A stretch of DNA of 64,000 nt, taken from the NCBI GenBank assembly GCA_002391225.1, contig DGRV01000021.1:7589-71588 (forward strand), given 5' to 3'. Shown piece after piece: positions 45,845 through 54,958 of the stretch (position 1 is the stretch's first letter; the number at the start of each line of letters is the position of its first letter). This DNA comes from Christensenella sp. UBA4379. GTDB taxonomy: Bacteria; Bacillota; Clostridia; Christensenellales; Aristaeellaceae. Below the pieces are notes generated by a model. That model made no database searches. It was not told the origin of the DNA and saw only the letters and a program-made list of their open reading frames with translations. The position numbers and the translations under genes were made by a program.

Positions 45845-47841
45845 TTGTTTCGGAGGCTGTATGAAAGAGGGATTTTACTGACCGGCGGCACCGGGTTCCT
45901 GGGCACGGAGCTGGCTGCACGGTTGGCAAAGGCGGAGGAGACTTCTGTCTATGTCCTGGTTCGGGCGGCGGATCATGCGGAGGCGGCCCAGCGGCTCCGG
46001 GCCGCGTGGCAGCACGATCAAAGCCTGTATCAGGCCGTCGGCAGGCAGCTGCTTCCTCTGCCCGGCGATTTTACCAAGGCCGACCTGGGGCTGAACGCGG
46101 AGGCGCTTGAGGCCCTTCGGGACCACGTGACCCTCGTGATCCACGCCGGGGCGGAGATCGGGTTTGATAAAAGCAAGGCGGAGCTGGACCAGACCAACGT
46201 GATCGGCACCCGGAATATGATCGCTCTGTCCAAAAGCCTGCCGCGTCTGCGGCGCTTCCTCCATATCTCTACCGCCTATGTGGCGGGCCGGAAACATGGA
46301 CGGGTGATGGAGGATGAGCTTCCGGGAGAACGCTTTTCCAGCCTCTATGAGCAAAGCAAGGCGGAGGCGTAAAACCTCCTGCGGGCTTCCGGCCTCCCCT
46401 GGTCGATCTGCCGCCCGGGCATGATTGTGGGGGATTCCGAAAGCGGGTGGTCCGGAATTTCAATACGGTCTATTATGTCTTAAAACAGCTGCTGCTGGGG
46501 AAGATCCGCCTGCTGCCCATCAGGGAGGACACGCCCCTGAACCTGGTGCCGGTGGATACGGTGGCCGACGCGGCGCTGACCGTTGCCCGCTCGGACGCCG
46601 CGGAGGGGAAGGCCTTCCATCTGACCTGCCCCAAGGATCAAGCCCCTACGGCGGGCGAACTGTGCGACGCGGTGATCGCCTGGGCCGAAAAGCATCTGTC
46701 CGTCCGGCTGAAAAGGCCCGTCTTTCTGTCCCTACCGGCCTTTAAAAAGGCGGGGCTGACCTACAACCAAAAAGAGGACAGCCGGAAAAAGAGCAGCCTC
46801 CATAATCTGCTCATGCTGCTGCCCTATTTCTATGCGGACCAGGTGTTTGACCGGACGAATACGGACGCGCTCTGCGGCCCCTATGAAGCGGATTGGCGGA
46901 GCTACCTGGACACCTTCCTGACCTTTGCCTGCCGGAAGAATTTTATGCGGCAGACCGGGCAGACGGTCTTTGACCAGGCCATGGTGCGGCGGGCCAGCCG
47001 CCGCTATCCCATCACCTGTTACAATGTCACCGCCGAAGGGATCGAGGCTGTCCATGGCCCGGAGGTCAACACCCGGATCGAGAAGATCCGGAACGTGCTG
47101 TGGGCCTGGGGCATCCGCAAAGGGGACCGGGTGGCCCTGACGGGCATCAATTAGGTGGACTATTTGGCGCTGGAGCAGGCCATCGGGCTGATGGACGCGG
47201 TCAGCGAGGCCCTGCTCAAGAATTTCCGCGCCCTGGGGATCGAGATTCACAACGCCTACGGCCAGACCGAAGCGCCCCTCATCACCATCAACCGTCTGGG
47301 GGACAACGTGATCCCCACAATCGGCACAGCCCTGCCCGATACCGAGATCACCGTCGAGCCTGATGGGGAACTGATCGTCAAGGGCCCTCAGGTGACCCTT
47401 GGATATTACGGCCTCCAGACCGAAAACATCCAAAACGGTGTCCTGCGCACGGGCGATCTGGGCCGGATGGACGAAAGCGGCCATATCACCCTGTTTGGGC
47501 GAAAGAAGGACTTTATCATCACCGCTTACGGAAAGAACATCAGCATCCCCAAAATCGAGCAGCGCATCAAGGACATCCCCGGCGTATCCGAGGCGGTGCT
47601 CGTGGGCGAAAACCGCCCCTACTGCACCGCGCTGATCTGGCTGGAGGGAACGTGCGGGGACCTTTCCGGGCAGATGGAACGGATGAACGCGGAGCTCTCC
47701 CACCCGGAACAGATCAGAAAGTTTACCGTGATGGAAAAGCCCCTCAGCATTCAGGCGGGCGAACTGACCCCGAACCTCAAGGTGAAGCGGAACAACGTAT
47801 GTACCCATTACGCCGCGGAGATCGAGGCGATGTACCGATGA
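45845..47841 (+). pseudogene. Disrupted fusion of a thioester-reductase/SDR domain and an AMP-dependent acyl-CoA ligase
   Basis: The SD-linked ATG at 45861 is out of frame with LLTGGTGFLG. There is an in-frame TAA at 46370 and a frameshift near 46435-46450. There is an in-frame TAG at 47152. The ligase N-terminus (GIRKGDRVALTGIN) joins directly to the C-terminal third (NAYGQTEAP...TGDLGRMDESG) with no central AMP-binding core. Confidence 0.7.
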
Positions 47842-48383
47842 GGGCGGCCTTTACCCGCCGGGTCCTTTCGCGTTTGGAGCGGCATACGCCCAACTGGGTC
47901 CGATGCGCGGAAGCACAGATTCTTCTGAACCTGGCTTCCCGCAGCTTTAGACTGCCGGGGCGAAGGGTTTTACATCTGCCCGCGCCGGAAGCCCTCAGGG
48001 CCTACGCCGCTTATACGGTATCATGTATGGAAAAAACGGAGGCGGATCCAAAGCGCTTGTATGAGGGCGCGTTTCAGCTGGGCAGGAAAATCCGCCGCCT
48101 GATCGGCCTCAGGAAACCGTGCGACATCCAGTGGCTGGTCTTTTATCTCTATCAGAACCTTTGCATCACCATGAGCGGCCGCCTGCCGGGGAAAATCATG
48201 GTGCCGCGCTGCTATTTCAGCGCCTTTTATTCCCCGGAGCAATGCGGGCGGATGTCCCAGGTGGACGCCGGGATCATCGCGGGCCTGTACGGGGGCGGGC
48301 AGCTTCATTTTACGGAAAGGCTCACCGAGGGCTGCGCACAGTGCAAAGCCGTTTTTCAAAGAGGGGAATGGGATGAAAAATAA
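47838..48383 (+). CDS. Conserved hypothetical protein, possibly ATC-hydrolase-like (PF14196), tentative
   Basis: ATGA start/stop overlap with the upstream ORF. C-terminal TEGCAQCKAVF Cys pair. Confidence 0.4.
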   Translation: MRAAFTRRVLSRLERHTPNWVRCAEAQILLNLASRSFRLPGRRVLHLPAPEALRAYAAYTVSCMEKTEADPKRLYEGAFQLGRKIRRLIGLRKPCDIQWLVFYLYQNLCITMSGRLPGKIMVPRCYFSAFYSPEQCGRMSQVDAGIIAGLYGGGQLHFTERLTEGCAQCKAVFQRGEWDEK

Positions 48384-49691
48384 GAAGACGGCCCTGGTAC
48401 CGGCGCGAGCGGCGGCATGATCGCCAAAGAGCTGCAGGGCAGATACCAGGTGACCATCCTGGAGGCCGGAGGGAAATTCAGGCCCTTTTCCATGCCGATC
48501 GGCAAGCTGGCCGCCCTGCACCGCACCGGCCTCTTTTTCGACGAGCGGATGATCTGCCTGCTCCTGCCGAACATGCTGGTGGAAAAGACGGAGGACATGG
48601 TGATGGTGCGGGGCATCGGCGTAGGCGGCACCACCACCTTGGCCACCGGCAACGCCGTGCGCTGCGACGGGGCGGTCCGGGCTCTGGGGATCGATCTGGA
48701 TGAACAGTGCGCGGAGCTATCCCGGGAGCTGCCCATCACCACCGACCATCAGCAGCATTGGACCGAAACCACATGGACCATGTTCCGTCTGTTTGAACAG
48801 ATGGGGCTGGATCCGGTGGGCACGCCCAAGCTCATGCGGGCCGCGAAATGCGTAGAATGCGGCCACTGCGCCATCGGCTGTCCGACGGGGGCGAAATGGG
48901 ATACGCGGGCGCTGATCAAAGAGGCGGTTCAAAAAGGGGCGGTTCTCATCATCGACTGCCGGGTCACCGGCCTGGATATAGAGAACGGTCAGGTCAAAGC
49001 CGTCCACGCCCGGAGGCACGGAAAACGGGAAACCTATCAGGCCGATCTGGTGGTCCTTGCCGCCGGCGGCCTGGGTACGCCGGTGATTCCGCAGCATTCC
49101 GGCGTCCCCTGTTCCGACACCCTGTTTGCCGACCCCGTCCTCTACGTGGCGGGGCCTATGGAAAACTATGGGCAGGACCATCAGCTGCTCATGCCCTTTA
49201 TCAGCCAGCAGGACGGCTATATCCTGTCCCCGTATATGGATTATCTGAGCTTCTTCTTTCATCGAAGCTGGCGGCTCCCCATGCGGAACATCGCCAGCAT
49301 CATGATCAAGCTGGCAGACGAGGAAGCGGGGACCACGGACGGAAAGCACATCAATAAAACCATGTCTCCCGCCGATCAGCGCCGTATGGACAGGGCCGTC
49401 GCGCAGAGCCAGGAGATCCTGGAGCGCCTGGGCGTCCGGGAGCGGGACCAGTTCCTGGGCACCCTGAACGCGGGCCATCCGGGCGGCATGCTGCCGCTGA
49501 CGGAAGGGGAAAAGGAGAACCTTCATTCATCCGTTTTGCCGGAGAACCTGTACGTGGCCGACGCGACAATCCTGCCCCGGTCCATGGGCAACCCGCCCAT
49601 GCTGACCATCATGGCTCTGGCAAAAAAAAATCGCCGCCCTTCTGTAAAGAGAGAGCAACATCCATCTTTTTCTTCCATTCGCCTGGGGTGA
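48373..49691 (+). pseudogene. FAD-dependent (GMC-like) oxidoreductase with ferredoxin-like Cys motif, frameshifted at both ends
   Basis: MKNKKTALV is in one frame and GTGASGGMIAKEL (the GxGxxG loop) is in the next. Internal CVECGHCAIGCPTG motif. The A9 run at 49622-49630 alters the C-terminus; A8 would give AKKIAALL-stop. Confidence 0.7.
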
Positions 49692-49877
49692 GCGGGAGTT
49701 TTTATTTTTTTCTTTCCGACCCCACTTTTTTTGAAAGCGCCTCCGAATCGTATCGTGAAAGGCTCAAAAGCCTCAGCGCGGGAGCCCTTCCCCGGCCGGA
49801 TGACGGTGCACAGTTCGACGGCCGATCCACCTTGAACAGGTTAAAAAATCAGAAAACGATTACAGGGGGTCAAACAT

Positions 49878-50281
49878 ATGAAACGCATCATCACCAGCAT
49901 CCTCGCAGCGACCGTATTGACGACTTCGATCGCGGGAACATCCCTGGCGGCCGGTTCGGCACAAGGCGACGTTTTTCAGCTCCGGCAGCAAATGACGCAG
50001 CAGCAAACCATGGAGAACCAGCAAAATCCGGCGCTCAGCCGATGTTCGGGATGCAGGCTCCCTGCGTTCAGCTGGCGCAAAATGGTCTCCGGGGATTCTT
50101 CGGTCCACAGATGCCCGGCCACATCTGGGGCTATATAGTATATCTGATCGACGACCAATATCTGTTCACCGGCGATACCATCTGGTTCGGCGCGGACGGC
50201 GGCTACAGCTTCATCATCCTAGCGGAGGACGACGACACCGAGGCCCAGGCAAGGACGGTTTTTCTAAAAAAGAAAAAATGA
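49878..50281 (+). pseudogene. Remnant of a secreted MBL-fold hydrolase
   Basis: The signal peptide MKRIITSILAATVLTTSIAGTSLAAG is in one frame. The MBL C-terminal motif PGHIWGYIVYLIDDQYLFTGDTIWFGADGGYSF is in another. Most of the domain is missing. Confidence 0.45.
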
Positions 50282-50337
50282 GACAGTTTGATCAATCTGC
50301 TTCATCATGAAGCACGGCGGAATGATTCTACATTGTA

Positions 50338-50366
50338 TTTTGTCTGCATTTGGTTTATCATACAAT
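50338..50366 (+). promoter_or_regulatory. Promoter of the Bfr-like gene
   Basis: TTTTGT, 17-nt spacer, TACAAT. Confidence 0.45.
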
Positions 50367-50369
50367 TGA

Positions 50370-50385
50370 TAGTCGCGCACGACTA
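50370..50385. promoter_or_regulatory. Perfect palindrome (operator or 5' stem-loop), copy 2
   Basis: TAGTCG-CGCA-CGACTA is the exact reverse complement of the core at 43425..43440. Both copies are followed by CGAT. It lies 3 nt after the -10 element. Confidence 0.5.
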
Positions 50386-50458
50386 CGATTGATTGAATGC
50401 CGGGTGGATTCAGGTGCGTCTGAACATCCGGCCGCAGATGAAAAAGGAGGAGCTTTCC

Positions 50459-50915
50459 ATGGCTAACGAAAAAAGTGATCGCGGGTCTTCAGACCATCAT
50501 AACCGATTTGGCGCAGCAGGCGGACGGGCACCAGCTGCAGTCCAGGATCTTTGCCAACCTGGGCCTGACCAAGCTGGCGGATAAATACGCCGAGCACGCG
50601 GAGGAAGAGCGCGGCTGGGTGACCAAGTGCATCGACAGGCTGCTGGACCTGGGCTGCGAGGTGCGTCTGGGCGCAAAGGAAGACAAGCCCGTCTGCAAGA
50701 ATCCTGTGGACTGGCTCAAGTACGACCTGCAGGTTTCCGTCGACGGCCTGGCCTGGCTGAAGGACATCACCGAAGCTGCCCGGGAAGACTTTACCACCTT
50801 CGAGATCCTGAAGGCCTACTACCAGGATGAGGAAGAGGATATGTACTGGGCCCAGGGACAGCTGGAAATGATCGAGTGCATCGGCGTTCAGAACTGGCTG
50901 CTGCGGCAGATGTAA
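50459..50915 (+). CDS. Bacterioferritin-like four-helix-bundle protein; the SD-linked ATG is separated from the body by a 1-nt frameshift in an A6 run
   Basis: AAAAAGGAGGA, 7-nt spacer, ATG GCT AAC GAA AAA, then the frame slips at 50469-50474. The body starts at GTG 50475 (VIAGLQTIITDL...). It parallels E. coli Bfr throughout. Confidence 0.65.
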
Positions 50916-50930
50916 GAAGAAAAAGAACCC

Positions 50931-50975
50931 AGCGGAAGCGCGCGAACGGCCTGGTTTGCGCTCTTCTGCTTTTTT
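50931..50975 (+). terminator. Intrinsic terminator
   Basis: Imperfect GCGGAAGCGC / GCGCTCTTCTGC stem followed by TTTTTT. Confidence 0.6.
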
Positions 50976-51065
50976 ATGTTTTTTCTTGTTGTCCCGGCAG
51001 TTCGGTGATAAAATATCTTTGAAACGGCGGCTGTTTTGCCGCTTTCTGGAACAAAGGAGTGCAGG

Positions 51066-51779
51066 ATGGGAGCATTTGAGCAGAAGGTCGCGGTGATTAC
51101 CGGCGGCGGGCATGGAATTGGCAGGGCCATCGCGGAGGCGTTTCTCCGGGAGGGCGCTACGGTAGAGGTCATCGACATCCGCCCCGGGAATTGGTTTGTC
51201 GGCGACGTGGGGGACAGGGAGACTCTGGAGCGCTTTTCGGAAGCTGTGATCCGGAAGCATGGCCATGTGGACTATCTGATCAACAACGCCCCGCCGCTCA
51301 TGAAGGGGATCTGCGAGTGCAGCTATGAGGACTTCGTGCAGGCCCAACTGGTGGGCGTCGCGGCCCCGTATTACCTGACCCGACTGTTTGTGTCCTGCTT
51401 TGTCAAAGGGGCGGCGGTGGTCAACATCTCCTCCTCCAGGGACCGGATGAGCCAGCCGCAGACGGAGAGCTATACGGCCGCCAAGGGAGGCATTGCCGCC
51501 CTGACCCACGCGATGGCGGTCAGCCTGGCCGGAAAGGTGAGGGTCAACAGCATTTCTCCCGGATGGATTGATACGACGGGCAGCGATATTGCCGGAGCGG
51601 ACGCTCTTCAGCAGCCGGTGGGCCGGGTCGGAAAGCCAGAGGACATCGCGGAGATGGTCCTCTTCCTGTGCTCGGAGAAGGCGGGCTTCATCACGGGAGA
51701 AAACATCTGCATCGACGGCGGCATGACCAGGCTCATGATCTATCACGGCGACCACGGCTGGGAGCTGCATGGGGACTGA
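51066..51779 (+). CDS. Short-chain dehydrogenase/reductase (SDR)
   Basis: TGGGHGIGRAIA, NNAP, S...YTAAK and ISPGWI motifs. Confidence 0.9.
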   Translation: MGAFEQKVAVITGGGHGIGRAIAEAFLREGATVEVIDIRPGNWFVGDVGDRETLERFSEAVIRKHGHVDYLINNAPPLMKGICECSYEDFVQAQLVGVAAPYYLTRLFVSCFVKGAAVVNISSSRDRMSQPQTESYTAAKGGIAALTHAMAVSLAGKVRVNSISPGWIDTTGSDIAGADALQQPVGRVGKPEDIAEMVLFLCSEKAGFITGENICIDGGMTRLMIYHGDHGWELHGD

Positions 51780-51799
51780 GAGAAGGATGGGGGAATAGA

Positions 51800-52420
51800 A
51801 TGATCAAGAACATCGTGTTTGACATCGGCGGCGTGCTGGCCGATTATCGGATGAAGGAATTCCTGATGGAAAAGGGACTGGACGGCCCGATGATCAAACG
51901 GGTGCTGAAAGCCTCGGTCATGAACCCGTACTGGGGCAGGTTTGAGCGCGGAGAAGTCACAGAGGAAGAGACCCTGCAGGCCTTCACCGCCGCCGACCCG
52001 GAGATCGAACGGGAGCTTCGGCTGGCGTTTACCAACCTGAGCGGGATGCTTGTCAGCCGGGATTACGCCATCCCCCTGGTCCAGCGGCTGAAAAAGGCCG
52101 GGTACGGGGTCTATTATCTGTCCAATTACTCCAAGAAAGCCTATGACGAGTGCGGGGAATCCCTGGCCTTCATGCCGTATATGGACGGGGGCATCGTTTC
52201 CTTCAAGGTCGGCATGACGAAGCCGGATCAGCGGATGTTTTCCTGCTTTCTGGAGCGTTTCGGCTTAACGGCGGAGACCTGTCTTTTTGTCGACGATACG
52301 GAGGAAAATGTCCTCGCGGCGCGGGCGCTGGGCTTTTCGGGCTTCGTATTCAGCGGCGTGGACGGGTTGATGGAGGAGCTGAAAAAGCTCGGCGTGGAAA
52401 CCACGGAGGAAGGCGTTTGA
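51800..52420 (+). CDS. HAD-family hydrolase
   Basis: VFDIGGVL motif I variant and FVDDTEENV motif IV. Confidence 0.8.
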   Translation: MIKNIVFDIGGVLADYRMKEFLMEKGLDGPMIKRVLKASVMNPYWGRFERGEVTEEETLQAFTAADPEIERELRLAFTNLSGMLVSRDYAIPLVQRLKKAGYGVYYLSNYSKKAYDECGESLAFMPYMDGGIVSFKVGMTKPDQRMFSCFLERFGLTAETCLFVDDTEENVLAARALGFSGFVFSGVDGLMEELKKLGVETTEEGV

Positions 52421-53361
52421 TCATCTATTTTGCGCCGATGGAGGGCATCACCGATGGGATCCTCCGCCGTGTCCACCATGAGCTTTTCGGGGGAGTGGAC
52501 ATCTACTGCCTGCCGTTTCACAAGCTGACGCAGACGATGTCCCTGCTGACCCGCGAGAAAAGAGATATTTCCCCGGAGGAAAACCGTGGGCTCCACGTAC
52601 TGCCCCAGGCGCTGACGAGGGACCCCGGCCAGCTGCATGCGTGGCTTCAATCTGTGAGCGCCCGGGGATATTCCTGCGCGGACCTTAATCTCGGCTGTCC
52701 GTCGCCCACCGTGACCAAGCGGGGACGGGGCAGCGGGATGCTCCGGGACCTTTCTGCCCTGCGCGCCTTTCTGGACCAGGTGTTTTCAAAGCCGCTCCCC
52801 ATCTCCCTCTCCGTCAAAACCCGCATCGGCTATGAAAGCCCGGAGGAGTGGCAGGAGATCCTGCCGCTGCTCGCCCGGTATCCCTTCGCTCATGTGACGA
52901 TCCACGTCCGCACCGCACTGGAGCAGTACACCGGGGCAATCCACCCGGAAGCCTTCGGCCTGGCCCTGCGGCAGGGGCTGGCCCATCCCGTCTATAACGG
53001 GGACCTTCGGACGCCGGTGGACGTACGGGCGCTGACTGACCGCTTCCCCGGGACGAAGGCGGTCATGATCGGCCGGGGCCTTCTTTTTGACCCGGCCCTC
53101 GCGCGGCGGATCCGCGGCGGCCCGCCCGCCAGCCGGGAGGAGCTGCAGGCCTGGTACACCGCCCTTTACGAAGGCTGGAGGGACCGCTTTCAGGAGACGA
53201 TCGCCCTGGGCAGGATCAAAAAGCTGATGGAGTGGCCCGTGGGAGAGGATATCAAGAGAAAAAGACTCTTGCGCCGGGCGGACCATATCGAAGGCTGCAT
53301 CGAGGCGGCGCTGGGGCATGGCGGAGAAAACTCCGTCCTGGAGCCTATGAACACGATGTAA
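52417..53361 (+). CDS. tRNA-dihydrouridine synthase (Dus)-like flavoprotein
   Basis: FAPMEGITD, DLNLGCPSPTVTKRGRGSGML and IHVRT motifs. The TTG start overlaps the upstream stop. The alternative start is ATG at 52438. Confidence 0.7.
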   Translation: MIIYFAPMEGITDGILRRVHHELFGGVDIYCLPFHKLTQTMSLLTREKRDISPEENRGLHVLPQALTRDPGQLHAWLQSVSARGYSCADLNLGCPSPTVTKRGRGSGMLRDLSALRAFLDQVFSKPLPISLSVKTRIGYESPEEWQEILPLLARYPFAHVTIHVRTALEQYTGAIHPEAFGLALRQGLAHPVYNGDLRTPVDVRALTDRFPGTKAVMIGRGLLFDPALARRIRGGPPASREELQAWYTALYEGWRDRFQETIALGRIKKLMEWPVGEDIKRKRLLRRADHIEGCIEAALGHGGENSVLEPMNTM

Positions 53362-53574
53362 ACTAATGTAGCGGAGGGCCGACGGGGATTAGAGGAACTC
53401 CAGCCAACAGAGTCCTTCCAAAGGCTCAGCTCCGGAATTGCCGCAGCTCGCTCAAGGCCAGGAAGGCCGGGAAGCATGACCGACCGTCCCGCCACCCGGA
53501 GACCCGTCCGGCATGACCAACGGCCCATCCCCAGGCGCTTCAGGCGTCCTGCCGCCGATGCAGGCGTCTGGCGA

Positions 53575-53603
53575 TTGCCTTTTTCCGAATCATTTGATAT
53601 GAT
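53575..53603 (+). promoter_or_regulatory. Promoter of the GltD-like gene, followed by an 8-bp leader hairpin at 53619..53639
   Basis: TTGCCT, 17-nt spacer, TATGAT. The hairpin is CTTCCGTG-ccaga-CACGGAAG, directly before the GGAGGA SD. Confidence 0.5.
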
Positions 53604-53656
53604 GTTGACAGAAGAAATCTTCCGTGCCAGACACGGAAGCGAACGGAGGACGTACG

Positions 53657-54958
53657 ATGGCCCTGCATGTGATGGAAGAAGCGAACCGCTGCCTGCAATG
53701 CAAAAAGCCCCGCTGTCAGGAGGGGTGCCCGATTCATACCAACATCCCGGAGGTGATCCGGCTGCTGAAGGCGGGCAGGCTGAACGAGGCGGGGTGGATG
53801 CTGTTTGAAAACAATCCCCTGACCACGGTCTGCTCCCTGGTATGCAACCATGAAAACCAGTGCGAGGGGCATTGCGTGCGGGGCATCAAGGATACGCCCG
53901 TGCACTTTTCCGTGATTGAGAGCTATATTTCCACCACCTACGCCAACCAGATGGTGAAGGGGCCCGCCCCCTCCAACGGCCGAAAGGCCGCCGTCATCGG
54001 GGCCGGCCCGGCCGGGCTGACCATCGCCATCATCCTGGCCCGGTACGGCTACGGCGTCACCATTTTCGACAGCAGGGACAAGATCGGGGGCGTGCTGCGC
54101 TACGGCATTCCGGACTTCCGGCTGCCGGACTCCGTGCTGGACGATATGGCCTACCGCCATCTGGAACTCAAGGGCATCCGCTTCCGTCCCAACACCTATA
54201 TCGGCAGCGCCATCACCATTGACGATCTGTTTCGGGACGGCTACCAAAGCGTGTTCGTGGGCGCGGGCCTGTGGAAGCCGCGGAAGCTGAACATCCGGGG
54301 AGAGAGCCTGGGCCATGTGACCTACGCGATCAATTATCTGGCCAGCCCGTCGGCGTTCCGCCTGGGAGAGCGCATCATGGTCATCGGCACCGGCAACAGC
54401 GCCATGGACTGCGCCCGCACCGCCGTCCGCCACGGGGCCCGGTACGTTTCCTGTGTGAACCTGACGGACACCCTGACCGCCAGTCAGTACGAAAGCAGCT
54501 ACGCGAGGCTCGAGGGCGTGGACTTCATCTACAACAAATGCACGGTCGAAATCCGCGAGGACGGCGTGATTCTGGCGGACAGCCAGACAGACGCCGACGG
54601 AAGGATCGTCCCGGTTCCCGGGACGGAAAAGCTCTATCCCTGCACGGGCGTCATCGTCGCGGTTAGCCAGGGAGCCGAGAGCAACCTGGTGACCACCACC
54701 AAGGGGATCGACACGGTGAAGAGCGGCCTGCTCACCGTGGACGAGGACGGCCATACCAGCCGTCCCGGCGTATTCGCGGCCGGCGACGCCGCCAGCGGGG
54801 CCCGCACCGTGGTGGAGGCCGTGGCCAACAGCAAGCGGGTGGCGGAGGCCATGCACGAATACATGCAGTCCCTGCCGATGCCCGTCACCACGGCTTACCC
54901 AGACGTTCCCGTGGTTCAGAACATCGACGCGGCGGCCCAGGCGGAGCAGGCGTTCTGA
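53657..54958 (+). CDS. NADPH-dependent glutamate synthase small-chain-like oxidoreductase (GltD/PreT family)
   Basis: N-terminal CLQCKKPRCQEGCP Fe-S motif, AVIGAGPAGLT, and a second Rossmann motif VIGTGNSAMD. Confidence 0.85.
   Translation: MALHVMEEANRCLQCKKPRCQEGCPIHTNIPEVIRLLKAGRLNEAGWMLFENNPLTTVCSLVCNHENQCEGHCVRGIKDTPVHFSVIESYISTTYANQMVKGPAPSNGRKAAVIGAGPAGLTIAIILARYGYGVTIFDSRDKIGGVLRYGIPDFRLPDSVLDDMAYRHLELKGIRFRPNTYIGSAITIDDLFRDGYQSVFVGAGLWKPRKLNIRGESLGHVTYAINYLASPSAFRLGERIMVIGTGNSAMDCARTAVRHGARYVSCVNLTDTLTASQYESSYARLEGVDFIYNKCTVEIREDGVILADSQTDADGRIVPVPGTEKLYPCTGVIVAVSQGAESNLVTTTKGIDTVKSGLLTVDEDGHTSRPGVFAAGDAASGARTVVEAVANSKRVAEAMHEYMQSLPMPVTTAYPDVPVVQNIDAAAQAEQAF

Noticed and set aside
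47152-47154. The in-frame TAG inside the acyl-CoA ligase trace could be a pyrrolysine or other recoding site.
   Set aside because: TAG, TAA and TGA are all used as ordinary stops throughout the window. No pyl genes are present, and the same gene carries a TAA, frameshifts and a large deletion. Simple pseudogenisation is the simpler explanation.
53362-53574. A known riboswitch or housekeeping RNA (cobalamin, TPP, ZTP, glycine, SRP, RNase P, tmRNA) in the GC-rich gap.
   Set aside because: None of the signature boxes I can recall (for example GCCACTG, CTGAGA...ACCTGA or GAGGAAAGTCCGGGC) is present on either strand.
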